From the NCBI GenBank assembly GCA_017649605.1, contig JAGCGL010000060.1, positions 15,459 to 79,458 on the forward strand: a stretch of DNA of 64,000 bases. The letters are read 5' to 3'. Source of the DNA: Spirochaetia bacterium. GTDB taxonomy: Bacteria; Spirochaetota; Spirochaetia; CADAEX01. A model generated the notes under the pieces. That model saw only the letters and a list, made by a program, of their open reading frames with translations, did no database searches and was not told where the DNA came from. This document shows positions 44,416 to 53,158 of this stretch, in pieces (the first letter of the stretch is position 1; each line of letters starts with the position of its first letter). The position numbers were made by a program, and so were the translations under genes.

Positions 44416-44874
44416 ATGAAACCAAATAGCAACCTTGAAAAAGAAGTTTCCATAATGCAAGACCATTTACAAGAACTTAGAAAATTGGCAGGTTGGTCAG
44501 TGGACGAACTCAGCCAAAAAATGGGCTTAACTAGGCAGGCGGTTTACGCCCTGGAGAACGGCCAAGCCAAGATGAACCAACTTCATTATCTGGCATTAAT
44601 TCATTTATTCTCAATTGAATGTGATTACCACAAAGAAAACAAAGCCCTTGCAGCTGTCTTAAATCTTCTGTTCAACGATACTGATAATTACATTGCCAAG
44701 AAAGAAGAATATGACCAAAAAATTTTCGGAATAGCATCGATGGGAGCTGTAACAACCAGTACCACTGCCATTGTCCTTGGCGCATTACTCGGGCCACTTG
44801 GCCTTATAGGCGCCAGTGCAGTCGGCCTTTCATCTGCGTTATCTACAAAACTACTGGGGCTCGGCAAGAAATAA
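44416..44874 (+). CDS. XRE-family HTH regulator with a C-terminal glycine-zipper/hydrophobic tail
   Basis: The HTH reads LRKLAGWSVDELSQKMGLTRQAVYALENGQ. The tail reads GAVTTSTTAIVLGALLGPLGLIGASAVGLSSALSTKLLGLGKK. The start was moved to ATG 44416 (SD AAGGAAAG). Confidence 0.7.
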   Translation: MKPNSNLEKEVSIMQDHLQELRKLAGWSVDELSQKMGLTRQAVYALENGQAKMNQLHYLALIHLFSIECDYHKENKALAAVLNLLFNDTDNYIAKKEEYDQKIFGIASMGAVTTSTTAIVLGALLGPLGLIGASAVGLSSALSTKLLGLGKK

Positions 44875-45255
44875 CAATCAGACGCACTTAAGCGTCTCAA
44901 TGCTATCCTCCTCTTTATCACCACAAATCACCATAATCGCAATAATCATAGTAGCAACGGAAAATCATCTCTATACTGCCCCTGGGGGCAACCATAAAAA
45001 TCATCCCAATAACTACAATCCTGACAATGGCAGTAGTAGCTTGCCTTACAGTTGTCATCATCTTCAGTTTTTCATAGTACTATAATTCAATAGAAGAGTA
45101 GAATTTCTGTTACAAGAAATAAGATATCTAAAACAATTCAAGTTCCTTCATAACGAACTTTATATAAGGTATTTCTTCTTTGAAAAGGCAAATAGAAAAT
45201 AGATAATATAAAAATAAAGTTTTATACAGATGTCATTAATTCAGATATTAGACTT

Positions 45256-47706
45256 TTAATTCATCAATAAATCATACATTAATTCCGCAGTCAAATCTAT
45301 AGGAGTTTTATGACCATCTAATAAATCTTTATATAAATCATTCTTTCCTTTTTGTAATTGTTGTACTTTCTCTTCAATAGAATCCTCAACAATCATCTTG
45401 TATATCATTACATTTTTTTTCTGACCAATCCGATATATTCTATCTTCTGCTTGTTTTTCAATTGCTGGATTCCACCATGGATCATATATTATAGCCGTAT
45501 CGGCAGAAACAAGATTCAACCCTGTACCTCCTGCTTTTAAACTGATAAGGAACACCCCATTCTTACTAGCCTCAAATTCATTCACGAGATCCATTCGATT
45601 GTTTGTTTTACCATCCAAATAAAAGCAATTATAATGTCGTCGAATAATACATTTCTCTATAATTTTAAGCATTTTGGTAAATCGGCTAAAAATAACAACT
45701 TTATGCCCTGATACATATAAGCTTTCTAAAATTTCTAAGAGTAAATCAAATTTAGCAGACTCTCTGCAACCGGTTGGGTTCAGTTCTTTATCAAGAAGCT
45801 GTGGATGACAGCATATTTCCTGCAGATACAACAACCCATTCAACATAATGCTATTAGTTTTTATTTCAAATCTATCGTTTTTTCTATTTATTTCATGCCG
45901 AATACTAAATAACATGTTGTCATATAATTCTTTTTGGCATGTATCCATCTTACAATATAATATCTGTTTTTGCTTTTTGGGGAGATCTTTAAGAACATCT
46001 TCCTTCATCCTCCGGAGAAGAAATGGTGAGGTAATTCGCTTGATCTTCTCAATTCTATGCTGATTATTAGTATCTTTCAAAATAAAACTTACTTTGCTCA
46101 AAATATTGGGATTAATAAGCTGCATAAGCCCCAAGTATTCCATAATATTATTTTCAACTGGAGTTCCAGTAAGAATAATTCTTGTCTTTGCCTTGATTTT
46201 CTTTATTGCTCTATATATTTTTGTTTTTGAATTTTTTATGTTCTGTGCTTCATCAATTATAAGATTTTCAAATTCAATTTTTATAAGTTTTCCAATATCA
46301 TTTAAAATTGTTCCATATGTTGTGATTATTACTTTATGTTTCTGAATGTCACTCTCATTTCTTCCAATTCCATGATAAATAAAGAAATCAGTATTCGGAG
46401 AAAATTTTAAAAATTCCTTTTCCCAGTTGGCTAATAGAGTTTTGGGTACAATAATAATACTTTTTGTATCTTTCATACTACTATCAGATAGATATGCTAT
46501 TATCTGCAAGGTCTTCCCTAAACCCATATCATCTGCAAGGCATCCGCCAAATCCATTCTTACGAAGAGAAAGCAACCACCTTACACCATTTTTTTGATAT
46601 CCTCGTAATATTTTTATCAACTTATCATCAATAACCATTGAAACAGCATCATAATCAACCAATCTATCAAGATCCTTTATAATACCATTGCCACATTCTT
46701 GAGCTATTTCTATCGCATCAACTAGTTTATTTTTATTTATACGAAGTGTATTCCCTAATCTATCACCTGTTTTTAATGCAGAGCCTAAAGCCTCTGGAAC
46801 AATTATCATTTTTCCATTGAATTCCAACCAAGTATCTCTCTTTAGCCGAAAATTGACTAAATCAGCTATATTTACCTTTTCATCTTCAAGTTCAATATCT
46901 CCTTTTATATCAAACCAATCTATCCCATATGAAATATGAATATTAGAAAAATCGCTTTTAACAATTTGAGTTTTCTTATCAATAAAAACACTAATCCCCT
47001 CGGAAACCAAGTTTGCAATATCTCTATTAAAGTTTTTTCCGCTGTAAATAAATCCCGTCCCCCGAACATAACTCCAATTATGCTTCTTAATAATTATGAC
47101 GACACTCTCTTCAAATCCATAATCACGATAATTGGAATCCAACTGTCGCTCTTTATCCTCATAATTAACGCTAATGTCATCATAGTCAAATACTAATTCT
47201 AATGGATGTTCTTTCATATTGATATTTACATATGCTTTAGCTATAATCTGTCTAGCAGTATCAATTACATCAGTTTCTTTTATAAGTAAAAACAAATTCG
47301 TCTTATCATATGCAATCTTAACTTTTCCAATCTGTAAATAGTCAAGACCCGAATGTTCTTTATAATAAACGTTATTCACTTGGAACATTGGTGTGGTTTT
47401 ATCATGGTAAAAAAGGCAGCCCATTTGGGCAAATTGAATTAATTTATACAAATTGGAATCAGAAATTATATGTTGATATTTATTAATTTGGACATTGATT
47501 GGAGAAAACAAGAATTCTTTTATTGAATTAAACTCATAGGGAGAAAGATTATCCACTTGATTTATTCCATAAATATTAGCATTCCGTAGCAAACCAGAAA
47601 ACTGTTGCTTCTTTAGGTGCGGAATTGTTCCTTCATAAGTTTCAAGAACAATTTTCCCTTTTTTTTTGCTTTCTGATATGTTAATATTTAGTATCAAATC
47701 TGCCAT
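45256..47706 (-). CDS. SNF2-family helicase/ATPase with an N-terminal extension of about 370 aa
   Basis: 816 aa. Motifs seen are LADDMGLGKTLQ, DEAQNIKN, TGTPVEN, SLKAGGTGLNL and DPWWNPAIEKQAEDRIYRIGQ. G+C is very low. Confidence 0.85.
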   Translation of the reverse strand: MADLILNINISESKKKGKIVLETYEGTIPHLKKQQFSGLLRNANIYGINQVDNLSPYEFNSIKEFLFSPINVQINKYQHIISDSNLYKLIQFAQMGCLFYHDKTTPMFQVNNVYYKEHSGLDYLQIGKVKIAYDKTNLFLLIKETDVIDTARQIIAKAYVNINMKEHPLELVFDYDDISVNYEDKERQLDSNYRDYGFEESVVIIIKKHNWSYVRGTGFIYSGKNFNRDIANLVSEGISVFIDKKTQIVKSDFSNIHISYGIDWFDIKGDIELEDEKVNIADLVNFRLKRDTWLEFNGKMIIVPEALGSALKTGDRLGNTLRINKNKLVDAIEIAQECGNGIIKDLDRLVDYDAVSMVIDDKLIKILRGYQKNGVRWLLSLRKNGFGGCLADDMGLGKTLQIIAYLSDSSMKDTKSIIIVPKTLLANWEKEFLKFSPNTDFFIYHGIGRNESDIQKHKVIITTYGTILNDIGKLIKIEFENLIIDEAQNIKNSKTKIYRAIKKIKAKTRIILTGTPVENNIMEYLGLMQLINPNILSKVSFILKDTNNQHRIEKIKRITSPFLLRRMKEDVLKDLPKKQKQILYCKMDTCQKELYDNMLFSIRHEINRKNDRFEIKTNSIMLNGLLYLQEICCHPQLLDKELNPTGCRESAKFDLLLEILESLYVSGHKVVIFSRFTKMLKIIEKCIIRRHYNCFYLDGKTNNRMDLVNEFEASKNGVFLISLKAGGTGLNLVSADTAIIYDPWWNPAIEKQAEDRIYRIGQKKNVMIYKMIVEDSIEEKVQQLQKGKNDLYKDLLDGHKTPIDLTAELMYDLLMN

Positions 47707-47773
47707 AATATATCTTCACCTAACAATTTTGAAAAAAAATAATATGCAACGCCAGCATAAATCCAATCATCTT

Positions 47774-49111
47774 TTATTCATAAAAAAAATCATTACATTT
47801 TATCATTTTATCATATATTACTTCTTTTTTATCACATATGTAGTGCCATTCCCCCCGATGAATACCAACGTCTTTAATTCCTTCATATTCTAATCGGCAA
47901 CCACCACCACAAATATAACGAATTTCACAATTCTTGCATTCTGCTGTATTATCTACAGAAGTATCCATCATTATTTTATCTGATTCTGCAAACAATTCTT
48001 TAAAGTTTGTATTAAGTATATTAATTCTGCTGACCAATTCATGTATTCTATTACACCAAAAGACCTGCCCATCTGCCGAAATACTAATTCCCCCGAAGCC
48101 ACAGTTTTTTCTTAAAAAGTGATTCTCATAATTTAAAACAAAAGTCTCAGTATAATAATTGGGATATAGTCTTTCTACAAGATTTCTTAAGATTTGCTTA
48201 TAGTTTTTATTTTCTTCCTTTGTCATACAAACTTCCCTTCCAGGAATAAGTTCTAAATTGAACTTAATAAATACTTGAGGATACTTTTTAATTAATTTTC
48301 TTGCAAAAGGTTCAAAATTATCAACAAATTCAGTTAAATTATCATACAATGGAGTAACAGCAACAGATACTTTTGTTCCAAGTGCACTAAAATCTTTCAC
48401 ACATTGAATTGCCTTGTCAAATCCATCATATTGCCTTACTTTATAGTAAGATTCCTTGTCGTAGCCATCTATACTAATTTGTATTTCGTCTATATAACTT
48501 CCCAATTCTTGGATTTTCTTTTCATCCCATAATACCCCGTTACTAAGGACAGTAACTACAAGTCCTATCTCGTGAGCATGTTTAATAACTTTCTCAAACC
48601 CCTTATATACCGTCACTTCGCCACCAGTAAACGAAACACCATGTCCACCGTTTTCCTTAAAATCATTAAGTACTTTCATCCATTGCTCACATGGTAATTC
48701 ATTCACAATGATGTCTCCTGCAAACATATAGCAATGCTTACAATGTTGATTGCAATTATTTGTTAGGTATATGTATATGTCCCTAACTTTATTATCTTTG
48801 CATATAGGATTCTCAAATTTTTTTGCCTCAATTTGGGTTATAACATTAATAACAGCTTCCTCTTTCCCTATTTTCAAAGTTTCTTCTACAGTATATCCTT
48901 CGGTAAGTAATTGAAAAGCCCTGAATTCTTCATAGTCCTTAAGGACTAGCCAAGAGATACCCTCTGAGTTAATTATTAGATAAAAACCCTTATACTTGCA
49001 TGTCACAAGCCCTTTAGGGAAGTGATATACCTTATTTATTTCTATTTCAGTTTCTCGGTCATTTTCTTCATAGCCGAGATTTTTCTTCTTGTTTTTCATC
49101 ATATAGACCAT
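47774..49111 (-). CDS. radical SAM/SPASM-domain peptide maturase with an N-terminal PqqD/RRE-like domain
   Basis: 445 aa. It has CNQHCKHCY (CX3CX2C) and C-terminal SPASM cysteines (CGFGG...WC and CKNCEIRYICGGGC). The N-terminal 100 aa (WLVLKDYEEFRAFQLLTEGYTVEETL) look like an RRE. Confidence 0.75.
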   Translation of the reverse strand: MVYMMKNKKKNLGYEENDRETEIEINKVYHFPKGLVTCKYKGFYLIINSEGISWLVLKDYEEFRAFQLLTEGYTVEETLKIGKEEAVINVITQIEAKKFENPICKDNKVRDIYIYLTNNCNQHCKHCYMFAGDIIVNELPCEQWMKVLNDFKENGGHGVSFTGGEVTVYKGFEKVIKHAHEIGLVVTVLSNGVLWDEKKIQELGSYIDEIQISIDGYDKESYYKVRQYDGFDKAIQCVKDFSALGTKVSVAVTPLYDNLTEFVDNFEPFARKLIKKYPQVFIKFNLELIPGREVCMTKEENKNYKQILRNLVERLYPNYYTETFVLNYENHFLRKNCGFGGISISADGQVFWCNRIHELVSRINILNTNFKELFAESDKIMMDTSVDNTAECKNCEIRYICGGGCRLEYEGIKDVGIHRGEWHYICDKKEVIYDKMIKCNDFFYE

Positions 49112-49129
49112 TTATACATCGATAACTAA

Positions 49130-49161
49130 AGAAAAGCGTGACAATAATGCCACGCTTTTCT
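49130..49161 (-). terminator. 11-bp hairpin (attenuator candidate) between the precursor ORF and the maturase gene
   Basis: On the minus strand, AGAAAAGCGTG-GCATTATTGT-CACGCTTTTCT is followed by TTAGTTAT. Confidence 0.5.
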
Positions 49162-49189
49162 CAATACGAGTCAAGTTGTCAAATCAAAG

Positions 49190-49291
49190 TTAGTTTTGAT
49201 TTTTATCACAACTTTTGAAGCAGTACATGCTATTAATCCTAGCATCTTTCTTCACTTTCTTGTTCTTCCAAGTGATCTTGATTTTCTTCAT
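49190..49291 (-). CDS. 33-aa candidate RiPP precursor peptide
   Basis: Not in the ORF track. GGAGG lies 9 nt before the ATG at 49291-49289. Hand translation is MKKIKITWKNKKVKKDARINSMYCFKSCDKNQN. It lies 78 nt upstream of the rSAM gene on the same strand. Confidence 0.5.
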   Translation of the reverse strand: MKKIKITWKNKKVKKDARINSMYCFKSCDKNQN

Positions 49292-49383
49292 GGAAGTGTA
49301 CCTCCAAATATAAAAATTTAAAGTTTAGCTATAAAAAACAAACTTGTCGTTTATACTATTTATAATACATTCTTCATAAAAAA

Positions 49384-50340
49384 TCAAATCTCTGATATCA
49401 AATATGACAAATACCTTCGGCACTCCGCGATATCATCCTTATGCATTATAGAATTCGCACTGTGTATATGACTGCATGGAATAGAAATTCCCAATTCCTC
49501 ATAACCATTATCTACTTCATTAGAAATAACAAGTTCGCTTGTACCACAATCGCTTACTTCCATCTGAAATATTATTCCATTGTTAGAAGCAATTTCTATT
49601 GCTCGTCCAACACATGCAGGACTTGATAATCCCATGCTATCTGAAATCTTTATGCCAACTCCATTTGAAAGTTTAAGGCTATTTCTATCTCCAACACACG
49701 ATGCGTCAATAGTAATACATATATCTGGTTGAATTGAAGTATTAAGAACACGGGCTCCTCGCATATTTGTTTCTTCCATAACAGAAAAGCAAAAATATGT
49801 GTCATTTTTCAATGATTTGCATTTTGATATAATATCCCACAAACAAAAACACGATGCCCTATTGTCTAAAGCTTTTCCTATAAAGAACTCTTCCGTTTCT
49901 TGCAATGGAATATCAAAGGTGAAAACATCTCCCGGCGACACTTTATCTAAAGCATAACTATCATTTATCTCTAAAACAAGATTATCATAATTATAAGGTT
50001 TCATTTGTAATGGATCTTTAGCATATATTACTCCTTTTAATCCATTATCAGAAATAACCCTTTGCTGATGTGCATTCCAAGTTTTAATATTCCCTAAACT
50101 CTTCAAAGAGTATTGCCCTTTGGAAATTTCCGCAATAATCTGAAACCCCACTTCATCTACATGAGCTCGAGCCAATATCTTTTTTTTGCTATCTTCTCCC
50201 TTAATAAAAAACACTAAATTTCCCACACTATCAATGTGTATTTTACCATAGTCCAAAGTTTCTAGCTTTTGATAAAGAAAGTTTATTAATTGTTTCTCAT
50301 AACCTGAAACAGCAATCATATTACATAATGCTTCAAGCAA
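49384..50340 (-). CDS. M42 family aminopeptidase (FrvX/glutamyl aminopeptidase-like)
   Basis: 318 aa. Motifs VSGYEKQLINFL and AHVDEVGFQI are present. The start is TTG with a GGGGA SD-like element upstream, and the gene is AT-rich. Confidence 0.7.
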   Translation of the reverse strand: MLEALCNMIAVSGYEKQLINFLYQKLETLDYGKIHIDSVGNLVFFIKGEDSKKKILARAHVDEVGFQIIAEISKGQYSLKSLGNIKTWNAHQQRVISDNGLKGVIYAKDPLQMKPYNYDNLVLEINDSYALDKVSPGDVFTFDIPLQETEEFFIGKALDNRASCFCLWDIISKCKSLKNDTYFCFSVMEETNMRGARVLNTSIQPDICITIDASCVGDRNSLKLSNGVGIKISDSMGLSSPACVGRAIEIASNNGIIFQMEVSDCGTSELVISNEVDNGYEELGISIPCSHIHSANSIMHKDDIAECRRYLSYLISEI

Positions 50341-50451
50341 ATCTTTCCCCGCCCTTTATAAATGAATAATAATCTAATAATAGCTTAATTATATTATTTA
50401 TATTATTTTATGTTAATCACTCATTTTGTTCAAGGCTAATACATTTTTTCA

Positions 50452-50485
50452 ACAAAAAAAATCACCCCAGGAAGCACCCGGGGTG
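50452..50485 (-). terminator. rho-independent terminator after dapA
   Basis: On the minus strand, CACCCC...GGGGTG is followed by ATTTTTTTT. It marks the right border of the AT-rich island. Confidence 0.7.
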
Positions 50486-50526
50486 GTATAGTCCATGAAC
50501 CAAAGTTTAGGGTGACAGTTCGGTGA

Positions 50527-51402
50527 TTACAGTCCCAGCTTGGCCATTGCTGCATCCATCTGAGCCTTGACAGCATCAGAGGTCTCGCACAGCGGCAGGC
50601 GGTAAGCTTCCTGGATCATGCCGGCCTTAGCCATTGCATATTTGATTGGAACTGGGTTTGTGTCGGCAAACTCTGCTCTGAAGAATGGGAGCAGCTTGTA
50701 GTGGAGTGCCTTAGCCTCTTCCAGCTTGCCAGCCAGTGTTGCGTTGCACAGTGCATTCATCTCCTTTGGAATAAGGTTGGATGCTACAGATACAATTCCC
50801 TTTCCGCCCATGGCGATAAGGAGGAATCCCAGGTTGTCGTCGCCAGAAAGAACTGTGAATGTGTCTGGCTTTGCAGCGATAAGGTTCATCATCTGGTTTA
50901 CGTCGCCGCTTGCTTCCTTTACAGCCTGAATATTAGGGTGCTTAGCCAGGCGGAGCATTGTTGCGTTGTCTATATTCTTTCCTGTCCGTCCAGGAATGTT
51001 GTATACAACCATTGGGATGTCAACTGCATCTGCGATAGTCATGAAGTGGCGGTAGAAGCCCTCCATGCTCGGCTTGTTATAGTATGGTGCAACCTGCAGT
51101 GTTGCGTCTACTCCAAAGCTTGCTGCAACCTTGGACATGTGCAGAGCCTCGGCTGTGCTGTTGGAGCCTGCCCCTGCGATAATCTGGCAGCGGCCTGCAG
51201 CCTGTCTTGCAACAAACTCGATGATCTTAAGGTGATCCTCGTGGATGATTGTCGGGCTTTCGCCTGTTGTGCCCATAGGTGCGATTCCGGCAACGCCAGA
51301 CTCCACCTGGAAATCTACAAGGGCCTTGAGTGCGCCCCAGTCGATCGATTCGTCCTTATTGAATGGTGTGATAAGGGCGGTATAAATTCCTTCAAACTTC
51401 AT
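50527..51402 (-). CDS. dapA: 4-hydroxy-tetrahydrodipicolinate synthase
   Basis: 291 aa. Motifs GIYTALITPF and GTTGESPT are present, with the catalytic Lys region. Confidence 0.9.
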   Translation of the reverse strand: MKFEGIYTALITPFNKDESIDWGALKALVDFQVESGVAGIAPMGTTGESPTIIHEDHLKIIEFVARQAAGRCQIIAGAGSNSTAEALHMSKVAASFGVDATLQVAPYYNKPSMEGFYRHFMTIADAVDIPMVVYNIPGRTGKNIDNATMLRLAKHPNIQAVKEASGDVNQMMNLIAAKPDTFTVLSGDDNLGFLLIAMGGKGIVSVASNLIPKEMNALCNATLAGKLEEAKALHYKLLPFFRAEFADTNPVPIKYAMAKAGMIQEAYRLPLCETSDAVKAQMDAAMAKLGL

Positions 51403-51414
51403 TATTTTCTCCTA

Positions 51415-52158
51415 TTACGGTAAAATCTCTTTTATAAAATCCTCTACACTGTAGAAGCCTTTTTTGCCCTTGATCCACTCTGCTGCCATAACTGCACCCA
51501 ATGCAAAACCTCCGCGGCTCCGTGCATTATGGGTAATTTCGATGGTGTCGGCAGGTGAATCCATATACATAGTGTGGATTCCTGGAATGCTTCCCCCTCT
51601 TGTGGATGACACGTGGAGCTCGTTCGGTTCAATACGCCGGTCGAGGCACTGGGTCACAATCTTGGTCTTTCTGTCACAGTTGGCCAGAATCTTCTCTGCC
51701 AGTGTGATTGCTGTGCCGGATGGGGAATCTTTCTTAAGCTTATGATGCAGCTCGTGAACCATGATGTCGTAGTCGGGAACAGCGTTTGCCAAAGATGCGG
51801 CATAGCTTGCCAGCTTGAACAGCATGTGTGCTCCGATGGAGAAGTTGGATCCCCATACAAAGCCGATGCCCGCTTTCTCGATCATAGCCTTGATCTGATC
51901 ATACTTGTCGCCCCAGCCAGTGGTACCAAGCACAACAGGTGTGGAACCCTGCGCATAAGCGGTGCAGTTTTTAAGCACAGCTGCTGGTGATGAGAAGTCG
52001 ATTACTACATCTGCATCAGCCAGTACAGCAGCTGATATCTCCTTGTGAGCAGTCTCTACCATCGGGTCTACAACGGCAGACACAATATGACCCCGGGAAA
52101 GGAGAATCTTTTCGATTTCCTTTCCCATCTGGCCGTAGCCTGATAATAAAACTTTCAT
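51415..52158 (-). CDS. dapB: 4-hydroxy-tetrahydrodipicolinate reductase (short form)
   Basis: 247 aa. It has the N-terminal Rossmann motif GYGQMGK and EITHNARSR-type C-terminal motifs, and lies adjacent to dapA. Confidence 0.8.
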   Translation of the reverse strand: MKVLLSGYGQMGKEIEKILLSRGHIVSAVVDPMVETAHKEISAAVLADADVVIDFSSPAAVLKNCTAYAQGSTPVVLGTTGWGDKYDQIKAMIEKAGIGFVWGSNFSIGAHMLFKLASYAASLANAVPDYDIMVHELHHKLKKDSPSGTAITLAEKILANCDRKTKIVTQCLDRRIEPNELHVSSTRGGSIPGIHTMYMDSPADTIEITHNARSRGGFALGAVMAAEWIKGKKGFYSVEDFIKEILP

Positions 52159-52162
52159 GTTT

Positions 52163-53134
52163 TTATTTTAATATTCTAAAGTCAACATCGTCAACTGGGT
52201 TAAGACCAAGTTCTGCGGTGATCACTGGAACCCCTTCCTTCTCGAAGGTGCCTGCAATCTTAGCCTGCATATCCAGGTCCTTTACCAGAGCAACCATGTA
52301 ACCGCCTCTTCCGCCGCCTGTGAGCTTTGCACCATAAGCACCCATCTTGATGGAGCGCTCGCAGAGCTCGATAAGGCGTGGGTGGCTCATGTTAAGCTCG
52401 ATAAGAAGCTGATGGTTTGCTGTCATGATCTCGCCTACTGCGTCGTAGTCGCCTGCTGTAAGAGCTGCTTTGAGTGCATATACCTGCTCTGCAGTCTTGT
52501 TCAGTCTCTTGTAGAAGAAACCAGCATCTTTCTTGATAAGAGCTTCGATCTCTGCATCCATAAGAGCTGTGTCATAGGTTACGCCGCTGTTTGCCAGTAC
52601 TACATAGAGTGGCTTCGGAGGCTTGATCCGCTCGTACATCTTCTTGCCGTCCCGGATCTGATACATCATGATTCCGCCGAAGGAAGATGCTGTGTTGTCA
52701 ACACCGCTTGGCTCGCCATGGTATGGGAACTCGCCCTGGAAACCAACCCAGTTCTGCTCCACCAGGTCCAGACCCAGCTTGAACTCGTCGTTGCATGCAC
52801 GGCCGAAAGATACGCTGATAGCTGCGCTTGCTCCTACACCGCTTCCTGCCAGAAGGTCGCCGCCTACTGTGATCTTCATAGGGTTCTTCTTGATATCAAG
52901 ACCCATCTTCTCGATCATTCTTTCATAGGAAAGACGGCATTTTGCCGCTTTTTTTTGAATATATCCGGGAACCTCGGTTCTGTGGTCCTCGATAATAAGG
53001 TCTGATCCGGCTGGCAGACGCTCTACTTTTGTCTCTGTCCTGAAAGGAAGAGCTGATACAATTGCTGGTACGCCGTTAAGTACAAACTGGTCACCGATCA
53101 GAATGTTTTTTCCAAATGCATATCCAATACCCAT
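52163..53134 (-). CDS. GHMP kinase, mevalonate kinase-like
   Basis: 323 aa. Motifs seen are GKNILIGDQFVL, LAGSGVGASAA and KLTGGGRGG. Confidence 0.7.
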   Translation of the reverse strand: MGIGYAFGKNILIGDQFVLNGVPAIVSALPFRTETKVERLPAGSDLIIEDHRTEVPGYIQKKAAKCRLSYERMIEKMGLDIKKNPMKITVGGDLLAGSGVGASAAISVSFGRACNDEFKLGLDLVEQNWVGFQGEFPYHGEPSGVDNTASSFGGIMMYQIRDGKKMYERIKPPKPLYVVLANSGVTYDTALMDAEIEALIKKDAGFFYKRLNKTAEQVYALKAALTAGDYDAVGEIMTANHQLLIELNMSHPRLIELCERSIKMGAYGAKLTGGGRGGYMVALVKDLDMQAKIAGTFEKEGVPVITAELGLNPVDDVDFRILK

Positions 53135-53158
53135 TTTTATCCTCCGTTTACTAACGTT

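Noticed and set aside
44688-45085. Track ORFs 44688-44924 (minus) and 44816-45085 (plus) around the XRE gene end.
   Set aside because: The first is antisense to the XRE C-terminus. The second is a read-through of non-coding AT-rich DNA with an Ile/Asn/His-rich translation. Neither has family similarity. The region is discussed only for the frameshifted Cys-rich frame.
45358-47196. Several 60-86-aa plus-strand ORFs inside the SNF2 gene, plus 47666-47893 and 47934-48122 near or inside the rSAM gene.
   Set aside because: They are AT-rich antisense frames encoding Ile/Phe/Leu/Asn-rich strings, with no SD and no motifs. The opposite strand carries complete SNF2 and rSAM motif sets.
47774-49111. 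The radical SAM/SPASM protein read as an anaerobic sulfatase-maturating enzyme.
   Set aside because: No sulfatase gene is in the vicinity. The protein has an extra N-terminal PqqD/RRE-like domain, and an SD-led short Cys-containing ORF lies directly upstream. A peptide maturase fits better, although only an HMM search can settle it.
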